Shown: positions 11,003 to 26,783 of the stretch, in pieces
How positions within the stretch are numbered: position 1 is the stretch's first letter
Layout of the letters: the number at the start of each line of letters is the position of its first letter
Translations under genes and position numbers: made by a program
The notes under the pieces: model-generated
Seen by the model: the letters and a program-made list of their open reading frames with translations, nothing else
Databases searched by the model: none
Told to the model about the DNA's origin: nothing
Assembly: GCA_012295275.1 (NCBI GenBank)
Contig: CM022674.1
Span: 7,812,001 to 7,876,000, forward strand
Direction: 5' to 3'
DNA: 64,000 nucleotides
From: Chrysomallon squamiferum
Lineage: Eukaryota > Animalia > Mollusca

Positions 11003-12470
11003 AAGTAGAAATAACAGTAGAAAATTCCTGTTGAATAAAACCTTTTTTAACAGAATTTTAATTATAGTTTAATATAATTATTGTTGTTGTTGTTGTCACC
11101 ATCGTGATCATCATTTTTAAATATTTATTTATTTTTATACATATCTTCAGACTATTGTCAGTAGTTTAAAATAAGAAGACTGCTTTCATTATCCAAAAAC
11201 AGATAATATTGTTTAAAAAACACAGCAACAGGATATCTGAAAATTATAAATTCATTCTCTTAGTTCTATTTTTACTTATTTATTATTTAATTTTTGAATT
11301 GTATTTTATTTTATTTTTTAAAATATGTTAACTATTAATTTAACTATGCATTGGTTTTTACACAATGCTATGATATAACTGAACCAGTTGAAAACAAGTC
11401 ACGTATAACTGTGGTTTACATACTTCATTCCTATTCAGCTGCAGTCTCACTCCTTTTGTAAAATAAAAAGAAGAAAAAGATTCTCACACATGCATTTAAA
11501 CAGTTTTTTCTTTTATATGTTTATTTGAACTCATTTTTTTCCTCCACCTTTTTTATATTTAATATACAGAAGTTTAAATTTGAAAAAAAAAAAAAAAAAA
11601 AAAGAAAAGAAAGAAAAGGAAAGAAAGGAAAGAAAAACAGATAAATATAAAACTCATTCCATGATTTACCTGACTGTGAATAAAGACTAAAGTCACCTAT
11701 TGTTTAAATATATACAAAAAAGAGGTTAATATCAGACTTCACTTATTTTTTTTTTTTTCATATAAATATTAAGTTTAACACAACCGATTCCAATACATAG
11801 ACCTTGGCTATTTAAGCTACTTTTACAAACAAAAAATTAAAACATAAGAAATAATTATGACACAAAATTGATAATAATAATAATAATAGTAAGAAAAAAT
11901 TATATATAAATTATAATTAAAATGGATGGGAAGAACTTTTTCACTTTTTCTTTCACATTCTTTCTCTTTTGCTTATCGCGATTTGTCACACTGCATATCT
12001 TAAAATTATAATAGATAAATTTAAAAAATATATTTTTTATAAATTATAATTTAAATGTAGACAGGAAATTTTTTTCTCTCTCTCAATTTTTCTCTGGCAT
12101 TCTTTCTCATTTGCTTTAACACACTTTCACCCTGCATATAAATCTTAAAATGGAATTTTATACTTTAATACAGGAGTGACAAGAGGAATTTGTAATTTGT
12201 CTGTCTGTCTGCAGAAAGTGGGTTGTGAGACCTCAAGGTTAAGGTGTTATCTAGAATAATTACATACTTAAGTGATGTGAGTGTTAGCACACCATATATG
12301 TTTAATCCTATTAAATCCAGCAGTTATCTCATTAAAAGTGCACCTTCAAATTTTCTTTCTGTGTTATTTTGTTACAGGTTAATTAAAAAACAGCTATATA
12401 TTTGGAATTAAATATCCTTTTTAAAATAATTATTTTATCACTGATTCTAAATAACTTTAAATTGAATTTT

Positions 12471-12471
12471 A

Positions 12472-12521
<50 letters not shown>

Positions 12522-12551
12522 TACTATTACTATTATTATTATTATTATTAA

Positions 12552-12590
<39 letters not shown>

Positions 12591-12612
12591 TTTATTATTA
12601 TTATTACTATTT
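12471..12612. repeat. (ATT/ACT)n microsatellite
   Basis: Directly visible trinucleotide run. Confidence 0.95.
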
Positions 12613-15234
12613 AATAAACATTTAGTAAAATAACAATGGTGGCACTAATTAGAATGGGAAATAAGCTATACCTAGAATTCTGTATTTTAATGCTTATATT
12701 TTTACTAATAGTACTTTATTTTTATTTATTTTTTTATTATTATCTTTTTTTTCTTCAGTAATTAGTTTACTAAAAATAAATATAAAACAGACTATTATAG
12801 GAGTCACTGGACTGTAAAAGTGAAGCATAATGTAAATACATACATTTTACAAAAGAAAATTACCATTTTTTTTTTTTTTTTTTTTTTAATCGGTTTGTTA
12901 ATTTTCATTAAAAATATAAACCCTTCTCTGTTTTAAAAGCAAAAGTAAAATTTTAAATAAAAGCAGAACATTTTTAAATGCAAAAAAGAGGCACAAAATT
13001 ATTTTGTTGTAAAAATAAAATATAATGGGAAATAACCTTTTTTTTTTTTTTAATTTTAAAATTTAAAATTTTAGTTGCTGTTTTTAATTTTGTATATAAT
13101 TTGTATATTTATAGACTGATTAATGGTTTGATTTGTTGTAGTAATAAAATTATTATAACATCATTTGCATACAAATATCTTTAATAAAAATAGTATTTAC
13201 AATTTCATAGGTGGAACATTTACTTCTTACTACTACCACTGATGCAGTGAAAAACAACATTATATCAACTTCTTGCATATTTAATCTCATTTCAGAGGAA
13301 TTAAAACCGTGGGGTATAAAACTGATATTGTCATCATCCTAGTGTATTATTACTTTTATGTCTACTCCTGATCACCTGTTTAAAACCTCATAACCTGATA
13401 CGCTATGAAATATTATATATGTACACACCCAGCAGGCTCAATTCATGTTTAATTCTACTTTAATGAACTGTTACTTCCTTTGACTGTATTGTGTTATGTG
13501 ACAGAACCATAAACAGGAGGTAACTGGGTTCACACCTCTGATACCATCTATTAGCCAGAAATAATTAGAAGCCAATTCAGCATTTAGTTTATTCTTTTGA
13601 AAGAGGGTTTTTTTTTAAAGATTTTGATAGAAAAACCATTTATATTTTCACAAAACACAAAGATAATTTTAAATATATGTCTTATTTCATGAAAGTAAAT
13701 TTTAAAATAACTTGATGATGAATAAGATATAAATTTTCTTTTAAACATGAACAGAAGCAAATTATTTAGAAAAAATAATTTTACATATTATCTCATAAAA
13801 TTTGTTATTAAAAATAGTCTGATAAGAAATAAAATATTTATAAAATTCTTACAAAAGTGGACAGAGAAAAATTTGAATGATGAAACAACTACATGGATGT
13901 TGGTTGCTTTGAAGTGTAAATTATATTTCCTACACTAGGTAGATAAATATAAAATGTTAGTGTCTTTGTTGTTTTATTTTTGATATTCCACTGAGATCAG
14001 AGTAGAGAAAAATTCCTTTCTTTATGGTCATGTATACATGAGGCTGGATCTTCAGCCATTCTCACAGCTCTGGTTTCCTGTCCCGCTAGGATTCATCTGG
14101 TAAGGGGTCTCCATTTCTGAGGGAGGAATTTTGAGACAAAACTAAATATCTTGTTTGAAAACATGTTTGCATGGCTGGACGATTACAGTGTATCTGATAT
14201 TGTGTTGGAGAGGTGAGCTGTGAAATTGTTGATTACTGGCGAGTGTAGATAAGGGGTGATGTTTAGAAAGAGCTTTGTGTTGTCTGAGCGTTGAGAATTT
14301 CATTGATGAAAACATCCTCCCTGCCCAGCTCAAGCTGAGCGAGTGTTTTTTAATGTGACACAATCTGGAAAATACACAATACAACTGCGTGTCAGAATCT
14401 CATGGACAAATACCTATATTCTGAATTTATTCAAGCTGGTCTCAAGTAGAATAACATGGAAATTGGTTGTAAAACATCATCTGAATTCGTATCATATATG
14501 AAACATGACCTTCTGAGTGGGGTCATTTTTCATGTGTACTCAAAGAAAACAATTCAAGCATGTATGTCATGGGCACTCTCAACCAACACACAGTTGAGCT
14601 CTGTCCATATTGCTTGAATGAAACAGAAATAACTTGCAATAGAAATTGCTAATGTGATGGCTTACTGTTAATTTGTAAATGTGAAGAATTGTTTCTTAAA
14701 TAATAATTTTAATTAAAATTTTAAGTATCATTTTAGTATTGATTTACAACTTGATACAGTGTGTTTGTGTGTGTGTGCGTGTGTGTGTGATACAAAAATT
14801 GTCCATCAAGATTTGCTGTATGTGGGTAGTGCTCTCTCTCTCTCTGTCTCTCTCTGTCTCTCTCTCCAAATCAAATGTCATAAATTTAAAATTAATACAT
14901 TAAGTCAGCTCATTCTTAATTTATTTTTCCTTTTTTATGGATGAATGCACAGGAAACCATTATATTTTATTAACATCTAAGCATAATAAATTTAACGTGA
15001 AAACTCATAAAAATGATGAATTGCTCACACGTAACACAGCACTTTTGTGAGTAATTTGTCATTTTATGTGACACTTGAAGAGTGACTGTTGTTAAAACCC
15101 TGTGATACGTATTTTGTTTTAAACACATTTATACATCATTGTTTTCAGTATTTGTTAATAAATTATTATTGTTTAATGATATATTCACTAAGTTTAACGT
15201 GTTAGCTATTTTATTTCATTTCATTTCATTTTTT

Positions 15235-15674
15235 AGTTTTGTTTTGTTATTTACTTTTACTTTTCTTTACTTTTACATTTCCTTTACTTTACTTTACTTT
15301 TACATTACATTTCCTTTCCTTTACTTTACTTTACTTTTACTTTTACTTTTACTTTTACCTTTACCTTACCTTACCTTTTTACCTTTTTTACATTTACATT
15401 TACATTTACATTTCCTTTATTTTACTTTTACATTTTACATTTGCTTTTTTTTGCTTGCTTTTACATTTACTTTACTTTACTTTTAATTTACTTTTTACAT
15501 TTACTTTTCTTTTTACCTTTTTACTTTTTACTTTTTACTTTACTTTACTTTATCCTTTTACTTTTTACTTTTCTTTTACTTTTACTTTAACATTTATTTT
15601 ACTTTTTGCTTTGCTTTTACCTTTACTTTTTTACTTGACTTTACTTTTTTCCATTCCTTTACTTTTACTTTTTC

Positions 15675-15706
<32 letters not shown>

Positions 15707-15855
15707 GCTTATACTTTTTACTTTTTACTTTTGCGTTACTTTACTTTACTTTTGATTTTAATTTTAATTTAAATTTCACTTTTTACCTTTGCTTTATTTT
15801 ACTTTACTTTACTTTACTTTACTTTTATTTTTACTTTTATTTTTACTTTACTTCA
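15235..15855. repeat. Low-complexity (TTTAC/TTTTAC)n pyrimidine-rich tract
   Basis: About 620 bp of degenerate TTTAC units. The Phe/Leu/Tyr-rich ORFs here are artefacts of the tract. Confidence 0.93.
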
Positions 15856-16645
15856 AATAAAATATTTTAATATTAAAATTTATTATTTGACAAGACAATA
15901 TTTTTATTTAATTAAGATTGAAATGGTAAAAATTGTTCAACATCATTTTCATTTTATTACACGAAAGGAGAAAATCCAGTGCTTTCATTCCATTAGCCAC
16001 TCACAAAATAGCAGTAAGTAAACTTCTTAGGTCACCTTCCTTTAAACTGAAAACCCTCTATAATATAATCTAACCTTTTAATTTTTTTTGTCACAATTTC
16101 ATCTGTCCCATCTTCTTGTATTTTCTCCCATGCTTTCATCATATTTCCATGTTCACCATGATCATTAACAGGATAAAATAAAATAAAATAAAATATCTAA
16201 CAACTGAAACTTACTGAATCCACAACACGATCAAGACATTGGTGGGTTTTTTTTTTTTTTATTTTCTTCAGTTGTATACCTTTACTTTTCTTTTTTTTTC
16301 ATACCTGTGTCAGGTGAAAACTACTCATGGGAAAAGGGTTAAAATTCCAGCCAACTTTCAAGTGCCATCAAAACAAGCTTTCCCAACTACTTGTTGACCT
16401 TTGACCTCTGAAATGCTTTATTTATTAACTGTTGTTAGCCATTGTTGGTGATAATTTGAGAATACAATGTAATTTTGTTTGAATTTTGAGATAAGCTTGT
16501 TTATTTTGTTTAGAAATAAAATACAGGTACATGCTTTCAATAATGATTATCTCTACCTGTATCATGTAAAATCAGAACATCAACATGTCTTTTAAACAGC
16601 TTTACTTCTATTTCTTTTAAAGACTCTCACAGAAATATTTATTCA

Positions 16646-16726
16646 AATACTAGATATAAACTATAAATTGCTAATACTAGATATAAACTATAAATTGCTA
16701 TTACTAAATACAAACTGTAAATTGCT
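16646..16726. repeat. 27-bp tandem repeat (AATACTAGATATAAACTATAAATTGCT) x ~3
   Basis: Two exact copies and one diverged copy. Confidence 0.85.
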
Positions 16727-17697
16727 TTTGCTTGGTTATGTAACTGGCAATTGTCAACAGTTGCAGAATTTAATGTATATTTAAATAAACTATAATTATT
16801 TTGATTTTAATATTTTTACTCGGTCATATTATGTCACTGAAAGGTAATTGATTAAATACGGTTTAATCAGAACTAAGATTTTATTCAGAAATTAATATTT
16901 GTAATCAGAATTATTATCATTTATTTAGGGATGTTTTAGTTAGAATTAGGTGTTTATTTGTAGATTTCTTTTACTCAGAGACAGGTGTTTTATTCACTTA
17001 AGAATAAGATATTTATTTAAAATTAGGATGTTATTCAGAGCCTATGATTTTATTCATATTGTGGCTTTTATCTGAAAGGAAAATTTTATTCAGACCTTGA
17101 TGTGTCAGTGTTAGATATTTGTTAGAAACGAGTATTATATTCATAGTTCTGTATTTATTCAAACAGATGCTGTTAGATTTGTAGAAGTTCTTCAAACTGA
17201 TGTGTTTGTTCAAAATGGTGCCTAAAGGAAAATGTTATATAATTAATATTATCTGTTTTAGGCACTGTCATTGGAAGCAGTCAAGTTAATCATGAAACAT
17301 TTATATTTATTTTACATAATCAGTGTTCTGTACTTTTTTACAATTTTATTTGTTTATTTATTTATTTTGTATTAAATAATCAATACAGTTTTCATTCATT
17401 CTTTCTTTCTTTTTTCTGTTTTTTTTTCTCTAAAGATTAAAACATATACACACAAAATCACGTACACTGAAAACCACGACACACACACTGATTGCTTGAC
17501 TGCTTGCCAAAAAAGCAGCAAAAAAATAAAATAAAATAAAATAAAAAAAGCTGAAAGATAGTGAATGATTCATAATACATACTTAGTCCTAAATAATAAC
17601 CTATAAGCAATACAGTTTGTTTCTTAGCAGTAAAATTTGACATTTCTTCTTTTCAACCTTTTAATGACTTTTAAATTTTGTTCTAAATACCTATATA

Positions 17698-17733
<36 letters not shown>

Positions 17734-20700
17734 CATATATACATATACACATAAAAATACATATACACATATATACATATACACATAAAAATAAACAGAA
17801 AAACAATACCAGTAATTCCAACAATAATAAATACAATATATGCGTGCATGCGAGCACACACACACACAGAGAAAGATGGTAATTTATTTTGAATTGAATA
17901 ATTTAACAACTGGGAAGTACTCTTTATGCAGTAAAGTGAAGAAAGAACTTACAATACACTGTGTTGTTTTTTTTTTGAGAACATGAAAACTCCATTAATT
18001 TTGTTCTGGTGGTAAATACGACAAATCAAGGAAACCTGTTTGCTGTGACAAGCAGGAAAGTACACAATATGTCTATTGATGATAACAGAAATCAAATACT
18101 GTAACATTTTCCAAACAACTGCTTCTTAAGTAGAATCTTTTTCTGTGCTTATAAAATCTTAATATATTAATTTGCTTCAGTCTGGTTAGTTGTTTATTTT
18201 AGGGTCATTCCATGTCAAATTATTCTCAGTGACTGACTCAGAGTTTGATACCAATTTTTATATAAATTTTTTTTAACAAAATCTCACTTGGCTGGATTGC
18301 AATGTTCCACGTTATTGGGTGATTTGACACTTTAGTGTTTTATAAACAGTGTATGAATATATTTATGAATCATTATGTAACAATTTTGTGTTTGTGTGTG
18401 GTTGCAGTCATACTTTCTCTCTGCTTTCAATGTTTGTCTTTCACTTGCAAAACAAAATACTTCTTTATGCTTTCTTAATTTCAGTTTTTATTCACTGTAC
18501 TTGTTACTCTCTAAATTGAAATAGAATTTAAAAAATCAATTTGTGGCGACAAAACACACATAGATCTTTTTTTATATAATTAAACTTTCAGTATGCTAAT
18601 TTAAATTTATGCAAGGAAAGATTTATTTTTTAATTTTGTTTTGGTGTATAATGTCTTGGTTAATAGTTCAATGTGGCAGTGATGATAAACGTGTTTAATT
18701 AAATTTTCATATTCACACTTACAATCGTTGCATCTAAATTTACATAATAAAGAGCTGTGGAGGCTGATCACCTAACTGTTAAAATGGCATACAGAATGAT
18801 CATGAAAATAGTTGAATATTACTGTTTACAAACAGTTAATTTTCATGTAAGGAAAAACATTTCAGGATATGAAATATTAAAGTGTTCTCAGGACACTTTG
18901 TTCAATGCTTTCTGGTTATATGTGAGTTTATAATATTAGTGTCCTTCAAAGATTTTAGACAAGGTATGGACCAGAGAGAAAAGACATTGTGATATAAAGT
19001 GTTATAACTTAAAATGATTACAAACGTATGAATAATTACCATTTTCTCAGCCTTCAGACACTACATAGTCAGTTTTGGGGGGGGGTATTTACTGTGTGAT
19101 TGTTGTTTGTTTTTTATTCCCTTGTGTTTTTGAGTTGTTGTTTTTTTGTGTGTTTTTTGTATGTGTGTGTCTGTGTGTCTTTTACCTTCTAAACATTTTT
19201 AATGTATGAAATATTTTCAAGATAAACTTCAGAAGTAAACTGTTAACCTCTTTCTGTTGACCCAGATAATTCAGATTTATTGCACTTTTAACAGTAAACA
19301 GATAGATAAAAATCAAACACTTATTAAATTTCCCACTCAGGTTTAAAAACCACCTGTGCTGAGTTTCTGAAAAAAATCACCTGTCTGTGTTTTTGTGATT
19401 TTTCTATCATTTGGTATCTTTCATTTTATGTTCTTTTTGTTTTGTTTTTCTCTCTGATTCAGCCACCTGTTGTCTCATATTCTCATAAACATCATTCCTT
19501 CCCTCTTTCTGCTTCATATCTACTCTTTATCTGTCTCACTTTCTGCATATCTATCTGTCTCTGTCTTGTTTGTTTATCTGTTATTCTTTAATTCTTAAAA
19601 TGTGTCTGTGCCACTATATAGGCCTTGAAATTAATTATACATTTAATTATTATTGCTTAATATTAATTATTTGCCCTTAAGAACACTTGAAGAAAACACA
19701 CAATTAATATTCTATTTTTAATTACAAGATTAAAAAAACAGAAGAAAAGAAGTAAAAAGATTCACAGACCACCCAGCCTGGTGAAATTGGGTAAAGGAAA
19801 AGTTTATGTCTCATTACCCAAGTCATGACACTAGAGAGAGACACAAGTACCTGATGACACTACATCCAGAAACATGTTTTTTACTTAAAAACCCAGCAGA
19901 ATAATCTCACATTTCCCTGCTTATCTCTCATTTTGTCAACTTCTCATTCTTTCTTTTCATTTTCTGTCTTTCATTCTTTCTTTTCTTATTCTGTTATTTA
20001 TTATTATTTTCTGTATAGATAAGTATGCTTTAACCCTAAAGTGTGGACTTACTAATCTTTCTTTCACATTTCAGTAAACCTTTTCTCTGTCCCCTCTATC
20101 ATAGTTTTTAATTCTCTGCATTTATATCTTCCTCTTAGTCTTTATCTATTTAACTGATCTAAGTCTCTCCATTATTCATTCTCTGAGTCTCGTTGTCTTT
20201 TCTGTGCATCTCTATGTTTTAACTTTGTACCAGTGAGATAACACATCCTCTCAGTACTCAAAATGAAGTGAAGAAAATGCTATCTCTATATTTTTATCAA
20301 GATTATTATTTACAGATAACCCTTTATTATTAGCAAAAGTTGGTCTCCACAAAATATATTTAAGTATGCTGAATGTAGAGGTTATTTTTCACAAAAACAA
20401 ATCATTCACAAGTTTACATTTAATATAAATATTAAAAGTTGTGGAGTCTCTGAAAGTTTATGAAGTATTTCAGTAATTTGTAGAATTTCACCTCAATGCA
20501 CTCATTCAAATATTTGTTTCAGTTATTAGACACATACCTGTATGAAATGGGAAACTGTCATTAGAAATAAAACAGCAAGTTAAAAATGATAAATGTTTAA
20601 TTTTACATGACAAATTAACTGACATAATCAACTGTTCATGATAGAAAAATATTTGTGGCATTATGTAAGTTTTAAAGTCATTTATATCAGATAAAAAAAA

Positions 20701-23700
20701 AAATATATATATATGGTATGTAGTGTCATGTGATGTGTATATAAACATTGCTGCCATAAATAAGAAATTTAATGATTCATGAAGCAGATATAGCTTTTTG
20801 GCATTTATAGTTAGTTATCTGTTATTGCAGGCAAGGAAGAATTCTGTGTTACAGAATATGAGGGTAGATATCAAATGAGAAAGCATGAATTAATTTCAGT
20901 AAGAGACACTGTATTTTAATCTTTGAACTTTAAAACCATTATCCCACTTTAATAAAACACCAGATTTTCACTTCAGTTTTAAAATATGTTCAGCTACAGT
21001 GTATTTGCTGTAGAATTTAGAGTTATCTGTGGTCTAGAGTTCATAACTTTATAATCTGAACTCTTCAGGCATCTGAGTTACAAAAAGCATGACACATGGA
21101 CTTGCATACAAATAAAGTTTTGGGAAAAGCATATGATATTCACCTGGATTAACCTTTGTTTTGCTGTGAGAGTCTAGCTTGCACATTAAGTGTCTCCAGT
21201 GGCATTGTGGGTAAATTGATGATGGATTAACACATCTGTGTGACCTCTGCAATGCATTTTCTCTTGTCACTGTGGAAACTGTCAAATGGTCACACCAGTG
21301 CTTTGAGGTTAAATGAGAAAAACAAAAACAAACCCTACAACAAGAATGTATAGTGACATAATTTAAATTTAAATTTGAAAATGGTTATAATAAGATGAGT
21401 GTCTATTGTTTTATTTACCAGTGTGAACAAGTATATCTACTAAGTATAGTTGTGTGTGTGTGTCTATTGACCAGAATTATATGGATGTATTGTATTTTTT
21501 TAATTCATGTCCAAAAAATGACCTTCTAAAACATACACATAAATGCACACCATATTATGCTTGCATAAATATACGCACTAAATCTCTCTTTCAGTCTGTA
21601 TCTACCTGCCATCACTATCTGTGTTTGATACTGCGACTATATAATTATTTACACTAACACAATACATTATTTAAAACATTATAAATAGCAGGTTAGTTTA
21701 AAAAATATATATTTAAATAATTAAAAAATATATTATAATTACTTTCTTAATCTTTTTATTTTTTATTTAATAATTTATGTTTTCTTTTGAATAAGAATTT
21801 ACAGATAAAAAGTTAGAGAAATGTAATTAAAATATGATTACTGGCATCACATACATTTATATTGTGAAATAAAAACCAGTTTTATAAACATTCTGACACG
21901 TGTAGGTGTTTTATGTGATTGATTAATGAGATTAAAGTTACCTGTATTGTACTTCTTAAAAACGTAGCCTCAGGTAAATTTAGTGAATTAATTAGCTTAT
22001 GCTGCTCAAAGGTCAGTAATCTCTTAAGTTATTTTTGTAAGATATATATATATTTTGTTTAAATCTGGTTTATAAATAGGTAGCATAAAATGGCAGATTG
22101 TTTTTCAGAGTTTGATTTAGCTGTGGCCAACTTATCATTTGTAATAAAGTTGTTATCATAAACGGAGAGGATAAAAATTATCTGACACAGATTCTAAACA
22201 TTTTCATTATGGCAAAGTAAAATTTTGCTACTGTGTTTACAGATAATAAATAATACACTGGAATTGTTTTTCTGTTTTATCTAGAGGTGAGCAAAAATGT
22301 TTATAATTTGACTAGAGGTAAACTAAAAACAAACTGGAATGGCCCATGTTCTTTTTCTATAACTTAACAGAATTTAATACACATGAACAAATATCAAAGT
22401 AGGATGGCCTCATGCTTTTTGATATGTCCACTGCACATTAGTATTTATTTTGTCTACAGATAAACAAATAATAAAATAGACTGGCCTGGACGAATGATGA
22501 TTTGCAAGATATGAAGATAAATGATCTTATTCAGTTCTAACATGCCAGTTTAATAATCTCAGGTAGGAGTGTTTTTGTGTGAGTGAGCCAGTGAGTACAG
22601 TGTATTGTATTTTTGTGTTGGCCAGGTTAATCCACAACACCCACCTCACTATGTGCTGTTTGCACGTTCAGTATCTCACTGAATGAGGAGGTGGGTAAAG
22701 GCGGGTTTGCCAAAAATTACCAGCTTAAGTATTTGTTGGTTACCCTGAATACATGCTTGATCAGAAATGGTATACTGATCAAAATAATACAGAGCGTTTT
22801 CATTAATTTTGGATTTTTTCAAGTGTGCATATGTTAAAACACATCTTTTGTTATCTGGCTAATTTTCCATGCCAGCAGTTTATTTTTGTGATTTGCACAA
22901 TGGTCATATTAAGTGGTTTTTTTTTTAGCAAGTTACTAAAAATTGACTGATTTCATAATCACATGACAGCACATTATAAATCAGTTATTTTCTTATAATT
23001 ATATAAGTGCAGATTTAGATACAATTGGATACCACTATCCAAAACAAAAGGAATGCTTTATTTCATTTTAAAATGTCTTTTTGAATTTGTTCTTGAAAGT
23101 AGTTCTGAATATTATTAACTTGTGTGTTAAATTATAATGTCTGTTATTTATATTCTATTTTGTTTTTTAAATCAGTTTCTGTAATTTGGTTTCCTAAAAG
23201 AAAACGACCATAGGGATGAAATATCTGCTGGTTAACTTTTTTTTAAATTAAGAGATTCTGTATAAGTATTTATATATTTTGTTGCCTGCAAACTTTTGAC
23301 TGTAACTGTTTTAATGAGTCAACAGAAAAAAGGCTAAAGGTTTATTTGTGGTTTTCCGGTGTTTCGACTCAAGTGTAATGATAAACGTATTGAGTGTTGA
23401 ACAGTTACAATCAGCCGCACAAACACTGAGGACGTCTGATGTGCCTGCACAATTGAGAGAATCCTGTCAAACAGAAAATGAGTGTTCTTTGTGTGCGAGC
23501 CTCTTTTTTCACAGCACACAACAGGCCAGACAGAGCTTAGTGATCAGTGAATACCAGAGTCACATCTCAGTGTTATTGCATGCTGTGTACTATAAGCCTG
23601 TATTCCATACCCCAAGTGTTTAGTCTGGCATATACATCACATCATGACAAGTCTTCAGATCACTGGGACAGACTTATTTAGTTGTATGTTTTTGAAGTGA

Positions 23701-26700
23701 TGATTAATTAATAGTTAATTATATATATATATATAAATATATATATACACATACATACATACATACATACATACAATTATATTTTTTAATTTTATTTTCT
23801 AAGTATATTTGTATTTTATAGATTTTTAAAATATTTTTTAAAGTTCAACATATACTTTTTCTCTCTATTATACATTTGTGTCCATCCTTCCATCCTGAGA
23901 TTCTTTCAGTACAGCATTAAAGTCTAATTAAAAATGTATGGAAATCTAAAAGTAAAAATACGACATGAATGTAAATGAACTTAATCTTGCTAGTAAAGAC
24001 ATTTACTTTCTGTAAAGATTTAAAACCTTTTGTGAATGTATACAAATGTTTACTCATTCTTGTAAACATAATTTAAATTTTAACACACAGTGAATAAATA
24101 CTAATTCATCCAAATAATTTCATTTATCACTTCATCCATCCAGCAGTCTGGTTGCATTGTTCATTTTCTGGTGATGTTATTGTTGTTACTGCTTTAATTT
24201 CTTCTTTTTTTAACATCAACTTTATTCAGATGTTTTATCATATTTTATTTCTTTTTTGTTTTTATCGTTATTTTTTCTTTTATTTTATTTCTGCATTGGT
24301 GCTTCTACCTTTCTTTCTTTCTTTTTTTTTTTTTCTTTTTTTTTCTGAAGTTAATTCATCTATTGTTAAATTTCACTGTGCATTATATATTTTTTGAAAC
24401 TTTATGGTTAACAACAAGTGAGTCACTTGAAGGAAACAGATTTTTCTATTGCAAAGAAACTTGAAAGAGGTTTTTGTGTCAAAGCATCCATGTATGAAAC
24501 AGTGAGGGTTAAATTTTCACAACATGGTTAACTTTTTATTAAAGTCATTTTGTAGGTCATACATTTCACACAAAGACGACAGTTTTCTCTGCTTTGTGAA
24601 ATAAGAGTGGACTTCACCACAGCATTCCTCCATTATGAAATCAGTTTGTTTTTCTGCTGGATTCTACCCTCTCTTTCAAGATTAAGCCCATTTTAAGTTT
24701 TAATTAACCTTTTTAATATTGTCATTGTTATTTCTATTCACTGAATGCTGTAAGCAATATTAATATATCTTATTTTCTCTTAGATAAGGATGATGGACTA
24801 CATTTACTTACAAGTTGCATTTTTAGAGCTTGGAGTGAGGAGGTATCATTCATCAGTCTTTTTAGCATACCTATACACTTGTTTCACATTCAAATCAACT
24901 CCTTTTTCCTTATTTATATAAGGCCTTCATAGATGTTGTCATGCCTATGAAAAATGCCTTCCAGCAAGAAATAGAATAGAAAATTTCCTTTCCTCATTAT
25001 TTTAATATTCTCCTCCAGACTGATGTGTCACAGAGCTTGTTTCTTTATTGTGCTTGGCTCAGACACTCCATTGTTATGTTATAGCTTAATAAAAGATGAT
25101 AAAATTTTAATTTTGTATCAGATTACCCCATAAATTATTTTGAGTGTTGTAAATAAGTGGGTGCAATTGTCTTTCTATGTTTTAGCTGTGTGCATAAGAC
25201 AGTTATGTTTAAATATACTTTATATCCATAAATTTTCATAGTTCTAAATATTTTATGCATAGTCACTATGATTTTTAAAAAAAAGAGAAAAAAAAAGAGA
25301 AAAAAGTAAGAATTTATTTAAATGTTTAAAAATAGTTAAGGTACATTTTTATTCATAATAAATAGCAATTAATATGTTTGTAACAAAGTATTTTTCAAAA
25401 TTTTGAAATCCATCTTTGTATTCATACCACAGTGCTATGCAAGGATGTAGAAAAATCTTGGAATTTGTTTTAGAAATGTCTTACATCTGTGAAATTTGTA
25501 ACAGTTGTGATTTCTGAATATTATCCACAGTTCCACAGTGAGGATTAAAGTGATGAATGACAAAAGAATACTGTTTGTAAGGTAAGCAGTGTTTGATATA
25601 GAACACCTCAAGTTACCTGAACCAGGTGAACTATATTTGACTGGAACAAAAGACTGGATGCTAACACATCATATTTACTTTAATACTTACAGTAATATCA
25701 TATCGCACCATTAAAATATCATATTCACTCTTTCATTATCATATCAGAAGTTAAAGATTCAGATTAATAACTTATGATATCATGTTGCAATTTAAAGGTC
25801 ATGTTAATATTAAAATTTGCAGTATCAGATGTCAAATTAAAGATCTGTAAAGATATTATAATTTAAAAATTATATTAATACTTAGTAAAAAGTTGTATCA
25901 AATCATAATAATAATAATTATGTTTACGTTAATATTAATTTTGTGTTCTTTTTATTATTTAATTATTATTTTAAAAAACCCCAAAATGACCATAACTAAA
26001 AACAAAAATATAAGAGATATGTTGAATTTTATTGACCATGAAAATTGTTATTTATTTAAAATCTACATCTACTGTCTTTTGTTAAAAAAAAAAAAAAAAA
26101 AAAATAAAATGTTGCATAGAAATTCCATTTATTTTACCTATTATTTTTCTGGTAACAGTATTTCATTACTTTTTTTTTTTTTTTTCATTTGCGAAGAGTT
26201 TGTAATTTATTGAAGTATGTACCTGTTTTTTTGTCACATGTTAATGTATTTATACTTAAAGAGGAAACTATTTTTACAGAAACCTGTGTCATATGTAAAT
26301 ACTTAACATAATTTTCTTCTTTCTTTTATGTTTTCAATAGATACTGGCACATCTCCAGTAAAGTCTCTGTTTCATATATTAAATGTCCATAGAAGCAGTA
26401 TGTTAGTACATTAAAGGTAAAAAGAAAATAAATGTTCCAGACATATTTCATGGACACTACTTAGAGTTAGTGAGAAAACAAGTCTAGTCGGTTAGGAAGT
26501 TAAAGTCAAAAAGGAAACAAATATTTTACAGAAATTATTAATTTCTTTCCCTCTCTGCAGATTCTCAGTTAGTTTTAATACTTTTGCAAAAATACAGTTT
26601 TCATTTTTGCTTCAATTTATGTCTTGACATAGCATGTTAGTATGTTAATAAGAAAACAAATGTATTCAGTTAGGAAGTTAAAAAGGAAAGAAATTCTTTA

Positions 26701-26752
26701 CAGAAATTATATTTTCATTGTAAATAGTTCTTTTCTTCTTTTTTTGTTGTAT

Positions 26753-26783
<31 letters not shown>

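Noticed and set aside
15139-15772. Long Phe/Leu-rich ORFs (115 and 177 aa)
   Set aside because: They are stop-poor only because of the TTTAC low-complexity tract.
23334-23623. Overlapping short ORFs on both strands
   Set aside because: No recognisable domain or compatible splice structure; more likely non-coding intronic sequence.
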